Shown in pieces: positions 29,500-38,886 of a stretch of 64,000 bases of DNA. Source of the DNA: Nanobdellota archaeon (GTDB lineage Archaea; Nanobdellota; Nanobdellia; Woesearchaeales; JACQSR01); the NCBI GenBank assembly GCA_042577505.1, contig JBHPEA010000001.1, positions 23,880 through 87,879 on the forward strand, written 5' to 3'. Made by a program: the position numbers and the translations under genes. How positions within the stretch are numbered: position 1 is the first letter of the stretch; every line of letters begins with the position of its first letter. The notes under the pieces are model-generated. The model made no database searches. It had not been told where the DNA came from and saw only the letters and a program-made list of their open reading frames with translations.

Positions 29500-30471
29500 C
29501 TATCTTCCGAGCTTTTTTATTGTAATATCATGATTTATTGTAGTTCTATACGAATAATCTAACCTAATATTCAAAGGCACCGTATAGGAACCCCCTTCAA
29601 TATTAAATCCTTCTTCTAAAGTACAAATTGCAAATTTTTCTTTAGATTCCATATCTACTAAGAATGTCTTTTCATCACTCTCAATATCACAATCCAACTC
29701 CTTCCCATCAGGAAGGGATGCAGTGACTAAAACTTTGTTTAAATCATCCTCATTATATTTCCCATAACAAACATCATTTGCTTTTTCTGGAGCAAAAACA
29801 TCACCACTTCCAAAATTATCAATGTGTATAATAAACTGTGGTTGAACTCTTCTTTCATCTGTAGTTGGAAGCATCTCAACTTCAACTCTCTTAACACCAA
29901 CAGGCCCACCCTGACCACCAGATAACGAAACGTCAGAAGCTTCGCATGCCCTAGTACCACCTTCCCTTAAACCAAGAGGATCAGTATCGATACATACATT
30001 TGGCGATGCAATTGTATGATAAGGATAACAAACAGAAACAGATAAACTACTATCTTGCTCTTCAAGTGAAAGTATCTTGGGAGTTTCAATTTTTAATCCA
30101 AATGAATCATGTTCACCTTGAATATTCAAAGTGTTCCTCCCAAACAATTGAAAAGAAATATGTGACTCATCTAATTTATTGAAAGAACTAGGTTCTCCAA
30201 ATCTAGGTTCTTCCCTTACAATCATATGGGTATCATCTAGATTAATTAAGATATATCCATCCTCAACATCGTAAGCCCCTTTATTCCATACATCAAGGTT
30301 CATGAAAAAATATCTTCCAACATAAGATTCTTCTGGAGGTTTATTTTCTTGAAATGAAATTTCCATCCCAGTCGTACCTTTGTATACATCCTCACTTGTT
30401 ACAGACGGACCATTATCTTCACATCCAACAACAAAAATAAAAATCACCAGTAAGAAAAAAATTCTTTTCAT
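29500..30471 (-). CDS. Secreted lipoprotein-like protein, paralog 3
   Basis: Signal peptide plus Cys (FLLVIFIFVVGCEDNG); VCYPYHTIASPNVCIDTD, GGPVGVKRVEVE, RLDYSYRT conserved. Confidence 0.6.
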   Translation of the reverse strand: MKRIFFLLVIFIFVVGCEDNGPSVTSEDVYKGTTGMEISFQENKPPEESYVGRYFFMNLDVWNKGAYDVEDGYILINLDDTHMIVREEPRFGEPSSFNKLDESHISFQLFGRNTLNIQGEHDSFGLKIETPKILSLEEQDSSLSVSVCYPYHTIASPNVCIDTDPLGLREGGTRACEASDVSLSGGQGGPVGVKRVEVEMLPTTDERRVQPQFIIHIDNFGSGDVFAPEKANDVCYGKYNEDDLNKVLVTASLPDGKELDCDIESDEKTFLVDMESKEKFAICTLEEGFNIEGGSYTVPLNIRLDYSYRTTINHDITIKKLGR

Positions 30472-33029
30472 GTTAATGCAGCCTCCCCTTCAGGTGCTAA
30501 AGGTTTTGGTCTAAAAGTAAATCTTTTTTGAACAGTTTTTCCATCCATATTCCTAAAATTAGAATTATCGTTAGGTATAGCAACTATTGTAACCTGATCC
30601 TTTGCAAAAGCTCTATCGGCAGGAAAAATAATCTCACATTCATTTTCACATTCTATAAATTCTTGATTGGTAGAATAATCCCCTTCATACCAATATCTTA
30701 CTTTAACTGAATCTTCAGGATCTTTATCTTCGACTTTGAATTTTATTATCACTTCTTGTTCCTCAACTGCTTCGCCAACTTCTATCTCAAGTTCTGGTGG
30801 AGAATTTCCCACTAAAACTGTATCAGATCCCTCTTGCATACTATATTCTGTGGCACCATCTTCTACTAAAGAAGCAGCGGCTTCCCTCACAAGTCCAAAA
30901 TCCAATGTACCTTTAGCTTCACAAGTAACCCTTGTTCCACGAGGTTGCTCTGGTATATTCAAATACCAAAAATCTTTTTTATCATCCAAAATAGGATTCT
31001 CAATATTTAATTCACCATCATCAATCTTATATCCCATTTCAATTTGTGAGATTCTGAATTGACTGTGACTTGCCGAACATTTCAATCTATCGCTACTTAT
31101 TGGTTTGTCAGGAGTTAGATCCACATAGAATCCATCTGGTCTCTTAATTGATGCATGACCTGTAGCTTCTAAAGTATAATCGTAATAAACATTAGTCCTA
31201 ATAAATAATCCCTGAGACGTTTTACCCTTCAAAATGTTATCAGGATCTCCACCTGACACCCTTAACAGACAAGTTATGTCTTTATACGTTTTAAGATCTT
31301 TTAAGTTTCTCAATTCTTGATCAGTTAGTTTATATGGAGAATATTCTACTTCTAAATCCTCATCCAATAGTGCCACCTCGTCAGCCTCGACAGTTGTTTC
31401 TTCAAATTTATCACAATTGTCATTAAATGTCAATCCATCTGGTAAGAAAACAATCACCTTCTCAATCTCATTTGCTTGCCCTTTCCATTTATTTGTTAAT
31501 CTTAAAGTCCAATCTATCAAAGTGTCTTCATCTGTTTTCATTCCAACCAAAGGTGTTTTGGTACTCATACCAATAGAAATAGATCCATTGGACGAATGAG
31601 ATCTAGGTTTCTTTTCAGTGATACCAATATTCCTTAGATTAGAATCATCAGTAGCCTTTTTTACTTCGTCATTAAGGAACCAGAGTTTGAGAAATCCCCA
31701 TGTCTTAAAATTAAATCGAGCATTGAAAGTTATCTTCCTTACACCCTGATCAAGTTTTCCACCTTCAAACTTACAATTAACTAACTTCTGATCTTCCTTT
31801 TGAACAAGAACATCAATATCATTTATCTCAGCTAACTCGCCATCTTCTTCATAATAATCTGTTGTAATTTCTCCTTCAACAACATCACGTGGCTCTTTAT
31901 TTTGTGCTGAACAATACAAATTAATCTTAATCGCTTCTTCATCATCTGGTAAATAATCATCAGGATTGGAAGGTATATTTATTGCTGACAATGTTCCAGA
32001 CATCTCAACATCTTGATTCGGTGCAAACTCAGAACTCGAGGGCTGTAGGCCCCCTAAGGAAACCCCTAAAGGAGCTTCCTCCACCTCAGTAACAATCTCA
32101 TTATAATATCCACCTGACCCCTGTACTAAAATACCAGTAACCATTTGGTCAAAACTAATTTTCATATTAGCTACAGAAGCTTTCCATGCTTCCCACCCAT
32201 CATCAAAACTATAATCTGGTCTATATGCATCAAATACTTGTGGAAGACCAGATGCCTGAGCAGAATTAAAAATAAAAGGTATAGCTAATGCAACAATTAC
32301 CACAACATAAAGAGCTCCAATCCTTCTTTTCCATTTATCATCAAAGGGCCCTTTTTCTAGGAAGAAAATCCAACCAGCAGGCATAGCGAACGTTAATATT
32401 AACGATGGCATGTGTCCATTTAATTGAAATGTTTTTTGTAGCAAACCAAGTCCATAAGGTAGTAAAAATGCAAAAGCCCAGAGAAAAAACAATTCTTCCA
32501 TTACCCCTTTTTTTTGGGAACCGTCAAAATATCTACCTACCAACAAATAAGTAAATAGGCACACAAGAAAATACATTAAAGCTCTGAACAATGGAGCAAT
32601 AAGCGAAAAACCCATGCTCCAATCTAAGGCATATGCAGATCCAGCGATAAAAACAAAAAAGAGTGTAGGAGCATTACCTTCGGCTTTTGAACCTTTATCA
32701 AGTTGTTTCTTCTGCAGATCCAATTGGCTTTTTCTGTATGCAGCTTCGTCAGCCATGGCTTTTTCTTGAAGCCCTAACTGAGCTTTCATCATTTCATTAG
32801 GATCTGGAGGTTGTTGTGCGCCTTCTCCTCCCTCAGCTCCTTGGGGGGCCTGCCCATCCTCAGAAGGTTTTTCTCCACCACCTTGTTGACCACCAGTTTC
32901 TCTCTCTAAACCTCTTTGAGCTTCTTCCCTTAGCTTTGCTTCATCAGGTGGTGTGTTTTGATTACTCATTCTTGCAGCCCTTCTTCTCCTTTGACTCTTA
33001 ATATCCATAGCTGAATCATCATCTGTCAT
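30468..33029 (-). CDS. Large polytopic membrane protein: disordered acidic/Gly-Gln-rich cytoplasmic N-tail, about 5 TM helices, about 550-aa extracellular domain
   Basis: 853 aa; hydrophobic helices between about aa 115-260; 4-nt start/stop overlap with paralog 3; N-tail region visibly GC-richer. Confidence 0.55.
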   Translation of the reverse strand: MTDDDSAMDIKSQRRRRAARMSNQNTPPDEAKLREEAQRGLERETGGQQGGGEKPSEDGQAPQGAEGGEGAQQPPDPNEMMKAQLGLQEKAMADEAAYRKSQLDLQKKQLDKGSKAEGNAPTLFFVFIAGSAYALDWSMGFSLIAPLFRALMYFLVCLFTYLLVGRYFDGSQKKGVMEELFFLWAFAFLLPYGLGLLQKTFQLNGHMPSLILTFAMPAGWIFFLEKGPFDDKWKRRIGALYVVVIVALAIPFIFNSAQASGLPQVFDAYRPDYSFDDGWEAWKASVANMKISFDQMVTGILVQGSGGYYNEIVTEVEEAPLGVSLGGLQPSSSEFAPNQDVEMSGTLSAINIPSNPDDYLPDDEEAIKINLYCSAQNKEPRDVVEGEITTDYYEEDGELAEINDIDVLVQKEDQKLVNCKFEGGKLDQGVRKITFNARFNFKTWGFLKLWFLNDEVKKATDDSNLRNIGITEKKPRSHSSNGSISIGMSTKTPLVGMKTDEDTLIDWTLRLTNKWKGQANEIEKVIVFLPDGLTFNDNCDKFEETTVEADEVALLDEDLEVEYSPYKLTDQELRNLKDLKTYKDITCLLRVSGGDPDNILKGKTSQGLFIRTNVYYDYTLEATGHASIKRPDGFYVDLTPDKPISSDRLKCSASHSQFRISQIEMGYKIDDGELNIENPILDDKKDFWYLNIPEQPRGTRVTCEAKGTLDFGLVREAAASLVEDGATEYSMQEGSDTVLVGNSPPELEIEVGEAVEEQEVIIKFKVEDKDPEDSVKVRYWYEGDYSTNQEFIECENECEIIFPADRAFAKDQVTIVAIPNDNSNFRNMDGKTVQKRFTFRPKPLAPEGEAALT

Positions 33030-33058
33030 ATTCCATATAAACCAGAATTCAAAGCCCC

Positions 33059-34342
33059 TTAATCGTCATCTTGTTCTTCGAGGACTACCTTCAGATCAAC
33101 AATATTCAATCGGGTTTTCGGGCGAATCTCTACATAATTATTACCCTCTTCAATCCAAGTGGTAATTCTTCTTTCATAATCAGGCTCATCCTGGTCAACA
33201 TTTGTTAAGTGGTCATTAATATTAAGATCGAGTCTCTTCACTTCATCGTCATCAACAAATCTTAATCTTATGTAAGCTTCTCTTGTTCTGTTGTCAACCT
33301 CTTCAAAAAGAGTTTCATTGACTTCAAAATAATAGATAGGATAAACTTCTTCAGCCAATTCAGTCTTAACCATAACTGAATCGATTAAGTAAGTTCCTTC
33401 TGTTGTAGTAAATTCAAGTGTATTTTCACCACGGTCTATTAAACCAGGACTAAATTCAATTTTGTTTAAAGCGCCACAATCTGGAATTCCACTAAACAAT
33501 TGCCTTCGATTCAACACAACCTGAAGAACTCCTACATCAGATGGTTGACAATCAGGATTGAACCTAAAAGAAGCACTCTCTATATAATCAATTTCCTCTT
33601 GACTGACAAAGAACACTGCTTTACTTGATTCCCTTGCAACATCAGCAATTTCAGCTGTTATTAATAATCCATCAAATTGATATTGATTAGTTGTCCAGAA
33701 TTTCCATCCAACACCAGAAACTGAAAACTCCAACACATTATCTCTTTCTAAATCCTCACCAGCTAAAGTAACTGGTGGAGGAGTTGAAACTTCTAATTCC
33801 CCTTCAAAAATAACATCTCCATTTAACTTTATCATTAAAATTCCCTGAGCTTTTCCAACAGAAAAGGAAAGTAAAACATTCTCAGTTAATTGAGTATCGT
33901 CGATAGTAAACCTAACTTCTTTGGATCTATAATCAAAAATCCCATTCCTAACTTGATAAGGATTTGTTTTCTTTAGAACCTTAGCTCCTGTTGTTCTAAA
34001 CAATGTAAAAGAAGGGATATCATGCTCTACTTCGTCTAAATCACGATCTTCAATAGTACCAACACTCTCCTCAAGTACAGTGATATTTTCATCAGACCTA
34101 CTTGAAGAAGGCTTACCATTATCACCATTTTCTAGTATAGTATCCCTATCTTCTTCAGGGATTGCAAGTATATATAGAAGAATGAGCCCAAACATTATCG
34201 CTACTAGTATAGAAGCGTTTATTGCACCTTGTCCTCTTTTTATCAAAATCTCACCTATACCTAAATCTATTTTAATTTCATCAATGAATAATTTTATATA
34301 TAAATGTTTTCTTTTTATCCTTAGTATATGATACAAACCCAC
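33059..34342 (-). CDS. Type-II signal-anchored extracellular protein, first gene of the surface operon
   Basis: Basic N-tail then TM (AINASILVAIMFGLILLYILAIP); start uncertain because the annotated ATG overlaps the pelota start by 15 nt; alternative ATG at 34195. Confidence 0.45.
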   Translation of the reverse strand: MGLYHILRIKRKHLYIKLFIDEIKIDLGIGEILIKRGQGAINASILVAIMFGLILLYILAIPEEDRDTILENGDNGKPSSSRSDENITVLEESVGTIEDRDLDEVEHDIPSFTLFRTTGAKVLKKTNPYQVRNGIFDYRSKEVRFTIDDTQLTENVLLSFSVGKAQGILMIKLNGDVIFEGELEVSTPPPVTLAGEDLERDNVLEFSVSGVGWKFWTTNQYQFDGLLITAEIADVARESSKAVFFVSQEEIDYIESASFRFNPDCQPSDVGVLQVVLNRRQLFSGIPDCGALNKIEFSPGLIDRGENTLEFTTTEGTYLIDSVMVKTELAEEVYPIYYFEVNETLFEEVDNRTREAYIRLRFVDDDEVKRLDLNINDHLTNVDQDEPDYERRITTWIEEGNNYVEIRPKTRLNIVDLKVVLEEQDDD

Positions 34343-35380
34343 ACTAATCTAAAAAAAGGCGAAATAAAGTTAAAACCCGAAAATAAGGATGATTTATGGA
34401 TTTTAAGTCAGATTATAGACTCAGAAGACCTAATTAAATCAAGAACATTAAGAAAGATTAAAGTTGGTGGCAAAGATGAAAGATCTGGTTCAGTAGCAAG
34501 AAAACCTATGTTTCTTTCATTAAAAGTCGAAAAAGTTGAATTAGCAGAAAACCTAAGAATCTTAGGCACAGTGACGGAAGGAAATGAAGATGTTCCAAAA
34601 GGTTCGCATCATTCTTTCAACATCGAGGAAAATGACATATTAACCATCATCAAACCAAAATGGCTAAAATTTCAATTAGATAAAGTTAAAGAAGCAACAA
34701 AAACAAAAGTAAGCCCAATATTAATTTGCGTTTTGGATAGGGATGAATGTTACATTGCATTAATGAAGAGAAGAGGTTTTGAAGTAATTGCCCATTTAGA
34801 AGGAAATGTTCAAAAGAAAGATGTTGAAGTTAAATCTGTAAATTTCTACGAGGAGATCATTAAGAAATTAGAAGAAATTGTTGGAAGACAAAGGATAGAT
34901 AATATAATCCTAGCATCACCTGCATTCTGGAAAGAAGATTTAATGAAAAAAATATCCAAAGATGAAATTAAGAAAAAAATCCACTTAGCAACTTGTTCTG
35001 CCGTCGGGAAATCCGCAATAAATGAAGTCTTGAAAAGAAAAGAAATTCAAAATGTAATGAAGGAAGACAGAACAACCCAAGAAATAAATTTGGTAGAACA
35101 TTTATTCGAAGAAATTTCTAAAGATGAAAAAGCAGCTTATGGAACGAAAGAAGTAAATGCTGCATCAGATTCAGGAGCCATTGAAATTCTCTTAGTTACA
35201 GACGGATTAATTAAGAAATCCCGTGAAGATAATAATTATCAAGAGTTAGAAAAGTTGATGAAAAACGTCGATTCTATTAAAGGTGAAGTCCATTTAATTT
35301 CTTCTGACAATGACGGAGGAAAACAATTAGATGGTTTAGGAGGAATTGGAGCAATTCTAAGGTTTAAGATGAATTATTAG
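34328..35380 (+). CDS. pelA: Pelota/Dom34 mRNA surveillance factor
   Basis: N-terminus IKLKPENKDDLWILSQII; eRF1-like domains; 350 aa. Confidence 0.8.
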   Translation: MIQTHTNLKKGEIKLKPENKDDLWILSQIIDSEDLIKSRTLRKIKVGGKDERSGSVARKPMFLSLKVEKVELAENLRILGTVTEGNEDVPKGSHHSFNIEENDILTIIKPKWLKFQLDKVKEATKTKVSPILICVLDRDECYIALMKRRGFEVIAHLEGNVQKKDVEVKSVNFYEEIIKKLEEIVGRQRIDNIILASPAFWKEDLMKKISKDEIKKKIHLATCSAVGKSAINEVLKRKEIQNVMKEDRTTQEINLVEHLFEEISKDEKAAYGTKEVNAASDSGAIEILLVTDGLIKKSREDNNYQELEKLMKNVDSIKGEVHLISSDNDGGKQLDGLGGIGAILRFKMNY

Positions 35381-35798
35381 GTTTTCGACCTTCATCTCCC
35401 AATATATACTGCCACCCTTTCACCAACTTACCTGATTTTTGAACCAGTTTAAAATTACCATTTTCTTGAAGAACAGTATCATAAACATTGTATCGCAATT
35501 CATCATCATTGAATCTTCTTTTTACTTTTCTTACAGTATCTCCTTTTCGCGCAGTGTATATCCTCCTTGCAATAAAATTCTCCATACCCTCAGCATAAAG
35601 TAAATTTTTTCGATCATTACAAGACAGCCTATCAGATAAATCAGGCTTAGTAGTATCACATTGGGGGACAGTCTCTTTACTTACAAAATGTTTCTCAATT
35701 GAATCACACGTTGGAGTCATAAACATCAACGAAAGCGTATAAACTGCAGCCCTATATAACCTACCTACCAAACTTTGTTGAGTTTTATATTCCATCAC
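35364..35798 (-). CDS. Small secreted protein with LysM-like segment
   Basis: Signal peptide (AAVYTLSLMFMTPTC); YTARKGDTVRKV resembles the LysM core. Confidence 0.3.
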   Translation of the reverse strand: MMEYKTQQSLVGRLYRAAVYTLSLMFMTPTCDSIEKHFVSKETVPQCDTTKPDLSDRLSCNDRKNLLYAEGMENFIARRIYTARKGDTVRKVKRRFNDDELRYNVYDTVLQENGNFKLVQKSGKLVKGWQYILGDEGRKPNNSS

Positions 35799-35970
35799 GA
35801 CGAGACACTCAGGGTTTTATTTAAGTATTATCATTATTTATTTTCTATATAGAAAATAAATAACTAACCATAATCTTTTTAAATAAACCTTTGTTTTTGA
35901 GAATAAAAGCCCGAGTCTAGTATTAGGCGCGATTAGGGTTCTCTTAGAGAATTCTTTGGCTATATAAAAC

Positions 35971-36459
35971 ATGGCAGAACAAAAACAAGAAGATAAGGAT
36001 TTTAAGTATCTCGTTAGAATTGCTAATACAGATCTCGATGGTAATAAACCAATAGTGGTTGCGCTCCAAAAGATCAAAGGTATCGGTTACATGATGGCTA
36101 ACGCTGCATGTTCCATTTCTGAAATCAAACTCAACCAACAAACTGGAAAGTTAAGTGACAGAGAAATTGAAAAACTAAACACCTTCGTTAGCGATCCATT
36201 AAAGAGCAATATTCCAAAATGGCTTATCAACAGAAGAAATGATGTTGAAACAGGAGAAGATAAGCATCTAATTTTATCAGATCTTCAATTCACAAATGAA
36301 AACGACATTAAAAATATGAAGAAAATAAAATGCTACAAAGGTGTAAGACATATTCACGGTCTACCAGCAAGAGGCCAAAAAACAAAATCAAATTTCAGAA
36401 AGAATAAAGGAAAAGCAATGGGAGTTAAGAGACCAGCCAAGAAAGGCGGTAAGAAATAA
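35971..36459 (+). CDS. rps13: 30S ribosomal protein S13 (uS13)
   Basis: FKYLVRIANTDLDGNKPIVVALQKIKGIG…; basic C-terminus. Confidence 0.9.
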   Translation: MAEQKQEDKDFKYLVRIANTDLDGNKPIVVALQKIKGIGYMMANAACSISEIKLNQQTGKLSDREIEKLNTFVSDPLKSNIPKWLINRRNDVETGEDKHLILSDLQFTNENDIKNMKKIKCYKGVRHIHGLPARGQKTKSNFRKNKGKAMGVKRPAKKGGKK

Positions 36460-36472
36460 ACTCTAGATTAAA

Positions 36473-37108
36473 ATGGGAGATCCAAGAAAACAACGGAAAA
36501 AGTACACGACGCCAAAACATCCTTGGCAAAAAACAAGGATCGACACAGAGAGAGAACTAATCAAAAGTTACGGTCTTAAAAACAAAAAAGAAATCTGGAA
36601 AATGAACTCCCTGCTCAAAAAATTCTCACGTCAAGCTAAAAGTTTTGTAACGTTAACCTCAGCTCAAGCAGAAAAAGAAAGAGCAAGTCTGTTAAAAAAA
36701 GTCAAGGATTTAGGGCTTCTAGGAGAAGAGGCAAAAATGGACGATATTCTTACGTTAAGTATACACGATATCATGAATAGAAGACTTCAATCTGTAGTTG
36801 TAAAAAAGAACCTAGCAAGGACTATGGGACAGGCAAGACAATTTATTACTCACGAACACATTTTAATCGGAGACAAAAAAATCAGTTCTCCATCATACAT
36901 TGTTTCTGTTCAAGAAGAACAATTAATCAACTTCTATGGTTATTCAAAATTACTAAGCCCAGAACATCCAGAACGTTCTGTTGAACCTAAGAAGGAAAAA
37001 CCAAAGAAACACATAACTAGGAGAAGGGAGACAAAATATGCCAAGACCAACACAAAGGCCCACACAAAGGCCCACACAAAGACCAACACAAAGACCAATG
37101 CCAAATAG
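36473..37108 (+). CDS. rps4: 30S ribosomal protein S4 (uS4) with repeat-encoded C-terminal extension
   Basis: [20 protein letters not shown]…; S4 domain; tail [21 protein letters not shown]. Confidence 0.85.
   Translation: MGDPRKQRKKYTTPKHPWQKTRIDTERELIKSYGLKNKKEIWKMNSLLKKFSRQAKSFVTLTSAQAEKERASLLKKVKDLGLLGEEAKMDDILTLSIHDIMNRRLQSVVVKKNLARTMGQARQFITHEHILIGDKKISSPSYIVSVQEEQLINFYGYSKLLSPEHPERSVEPKKEKPKKHITRRRETKYAKTNTKAHTKAHTKTNTKTNAK
37046..37105. repeat. 12-nt tandem repeat, four clean units plus one degenerate (accaacacaaag/gcccacacaaag)
   Basis: Seen in sequence at the S4 3' end / S11 5' overlap; in-frame in both reading frames. Confidence 0.8.
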
Positions 37109-37502
37109 GGGAAGAGAAGGCAGATGGGGAATGGCCCACATTTACACATCTTATAATAATACTATTATCCATATTACAGATATTTCAGGATCAGAAACAA
37201 TTACAATTACATCAGGTGGACAAATGGTAAAAAGTGATAGAATGGAAAGTTCACCTACAGCTGCAATGATGGCGGCAAAGAAAGCTGCAGAAGTTGCAAG
37301 AGACCAAGGAATTCAAGGATTGCATGTTAAGATCAAAGCTCCTGGTGGACATAACGGTCCAATGAACCCAGGACAGGGAGCTCAAGCAGCAATTAGGGCA
37401 TTATCAAGAATGGGAATTAGAATAGGTATAATTGAAGATGTCACCCCAATTCCACACGATGGTTGCAGAAAAAAAGGTGGAAAGAGGGGTAGGAGGGTAT
37501 GA
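37098..37502 (+). CDS. rps11: 30S ribosomal protein S11 (uS11)
   Basis: …[25 protein letters not shown]… conserved core; start placed at ATG 37098 downstream of the repeat; the track ORF begins at 37038. Confidence 0.8.
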   Translation: MPNRGREGRWGMAHIYTSYNNTIIHITDISGSETITITSGGQMVKSDRMESSPTAAMMAAKKAAEVARDQGIQGLHVKIKAPGGHNGPMNPGQGAQAAIRALSRMGIRIGIIEDVTPIPHDGCRKKGGKRGRRV

Positions 37503-38290
37503 TGGAAGCCAAACTGTTAGAAAAAGGAAAAGAAAAATCTTCAGTTATTTTTAAGGATGTCAAACCCGCTTTTCTAAATACAATTAGAAGATTAATCGAG
37601 GAAGAAGTTACATCAATGGCAATCGAAGATGTTGAAATCAGACAAAACACCTCAATACTTTATGATGAAATGCTTGGTCATAGATTGGGATTAGTCCCTT
37701 TAACTACCGATCTAAAATCTTACAACCTTCCAGAAGAATGCAAATGCGAAGGAAAAGGTTGTGCAAGATGCCAAGTAAAAATGACTTTGGAAGGAAAAGG
37801 ACCTGGCATTGTTTACTCAGGAGATATCAAAAGCAAAGACTCAGCAATAAAACCAGTTCATAATAAAATCCCTATCGTTCAATTACTCAAAGGACAGTCA
37901 ATAGAATTAGAAGCAACAGCAGTATTAGGCAAAGGTAAAACACATTCAAAATGGATTCCAGCAATTGTATATTACAAACACAAACCATTAATCACAATTA
38001 GCAATAAATGCGATGAATCTTACTCTAAATGTGTTGAAGTTTGCCCTACAAAAACATTAGAAATGTCTAATAAAAAAGTTTCAGTTTCAAAAGACCACTT
38101 ATTAGATTGCCATCTTTGCGGAGCTTGTGTTGAAGCGAGTAATGGAGAAATTACAGTAGAGCCAGACAAAGAGATCATCTTCACAATAGAACCATTTGGA
38201 CAATTGGATAATAAAAAAATTATGCAAGAAGCAATCAAGAAATTTCAAGATATGCTCAATGATTTTACTAAGTCATTGAAAGAGGCCTAA
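37499..38290 (+). CDS. rpoD: DNA-directed RNA polymerase subunit D (Rpo3) with Cys clusters
   Basis: ATGA overlap with S11; dimerisation domain; [10 protein letters not shown] and C…C…CHLCGAC Fe-S-like insert. Confidence 0.8.
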   Translation: MMEAKLLEKGKEKSSVIFKDVKPAFLNTIRRLIEEEVTSMAIEDVEIRQNTSILYDEMLGHRLGLVPLTTDLKSYNLPEECKCEGKGCARCQVKMTLEGKGPGIVYSGDIKSKDSAIKPVHNKIPIVQLLKGQSIELEATAVLGKGKTHSKWIPAIVYYKHKPLITISNKCDESYSKCVEVCPTKTLEMSNKKVSVSKDHLLDCHLCGACVEASNGEITVEPDKEIIFTIEPFGQLDNKKIMQEAIKKFQDMLNDFTKSLKEA

Positions 38291-38292
38291 AA

Positions 38293-38390
38293 GCGGGGAT
38301 GGCAGAGTGGCCAAATGCGCTAGGTTGAGGGCCTAGTTCCTTAGTGGATGCGCGGGTTCGAATTGCGAAACGAAAGTCCCGTTCCCCGCA
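38293..38390 (+). tRNA. tRNA-Leu(GAG), class II, with a candidate 14-nt intron in the T-loop (38364-38377)
   Basis: Acceptor GCGGGGA/TCCCCGC plus discriminator A; D stem GCA/TGC; anticodon stem CTAGG/CCTAG with loop TTGAGGG; variable arm TCC-TTAGT-GGA; T arm GCGGG-TTCGAAT interrupted by tgcgaaacgaaagt before CCCGT; no encoded CCA. Confidence 0.6.
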
Positions 38391-38397
38391 CTTCAAG

Positions 38398-38886
38398 ATG
38401 AAAGAGGTTCGACCAGATATAAGGGGAGCAATGCTCGTAGAAGGAGTAAAATCACTAGCTCCAGTATTATTGATAGTATTGGTCATAGTAATATCGAAAT
38501 TGTTCGGTATAACTGACATAATTGCCGATGCTGGAATAATAACAGAGTACTTCCCTAATATGGGTGGTTTAGCAAACACGGCTATCATGATGGTTGTCAT
38601 CGTGGTGGTAATGATATTAGCGCTTGTGTTTATGTCAACAAGAAACACAAGGTATGAACTATATCCAGACAGAATTATTGAGTATAAAGGATTACTCAAA
38701 GAAAAAGCAGGTATGGAAATTCCGATATCAAACATCGCAAGGACTACAATCAAGATGTACCCTTTTGTTAACATTGGAAAAATCAAACTCGAACTTTCGG
38801 GAATGGAAAAAGAAAGCAAAAATTTAGATTACATCGAAAATCCAACCGAAATCACACAAGAAATTGAGGCATTGAAAGGAAAATGA
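38398..38886 (+). CDS. Small membrane protein (two TM helices), possibly bacterial-PH (YdbT)-like
   Basis: Start moved to the ATG after the tRNA; hydrophobic helices LAPVLLIVLVIVISKLF and AIMMVVIVVVMILALVFM. Confidence 0.4.
   Translation: MKEVRPDIRGAMLVEGVKSLAPVLLIVLVIVISKLFGITDIIADAGIITEYFPNMGGLANTAIMMVVIVVVMILALVFMSTRNTRYELYPDRIIEYKGLLKEKAGMEIPISNIARTTIKMYPFVNIGKIKLELSGMEKESKNLDYIENPTEITQEIEALKGK

Noticed and set aside
35957-35970. tatataaaac immediately upstream of the S13 ATG as the S13 promoter TATA box
   Set aside because: It is only about 6 nt from the start codon, whereas an archaeal TATA should be centred about 26 nt upstream of the TSS. It may be coincidental AT-rich sequence, or the start codon may be misassigned.
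36940-37149. Minus-strand ORFs 36940-37149 and 36953-37141 with CVGL/FVWA repeats
   Set aside because: They are antisense readings of the 12-nt tandem repeat at the S4/S11 junction.
38268-38819. 183-aa minus-strand ORF overlapping the tRNA-Leu and the downstream membrane-protein gene
   Set aside because: It is antisense to a well-supported tRNA and to a plus-strand ORF that is coupled to L18e by an ATGA overlap, and it has a low-complexity composition.
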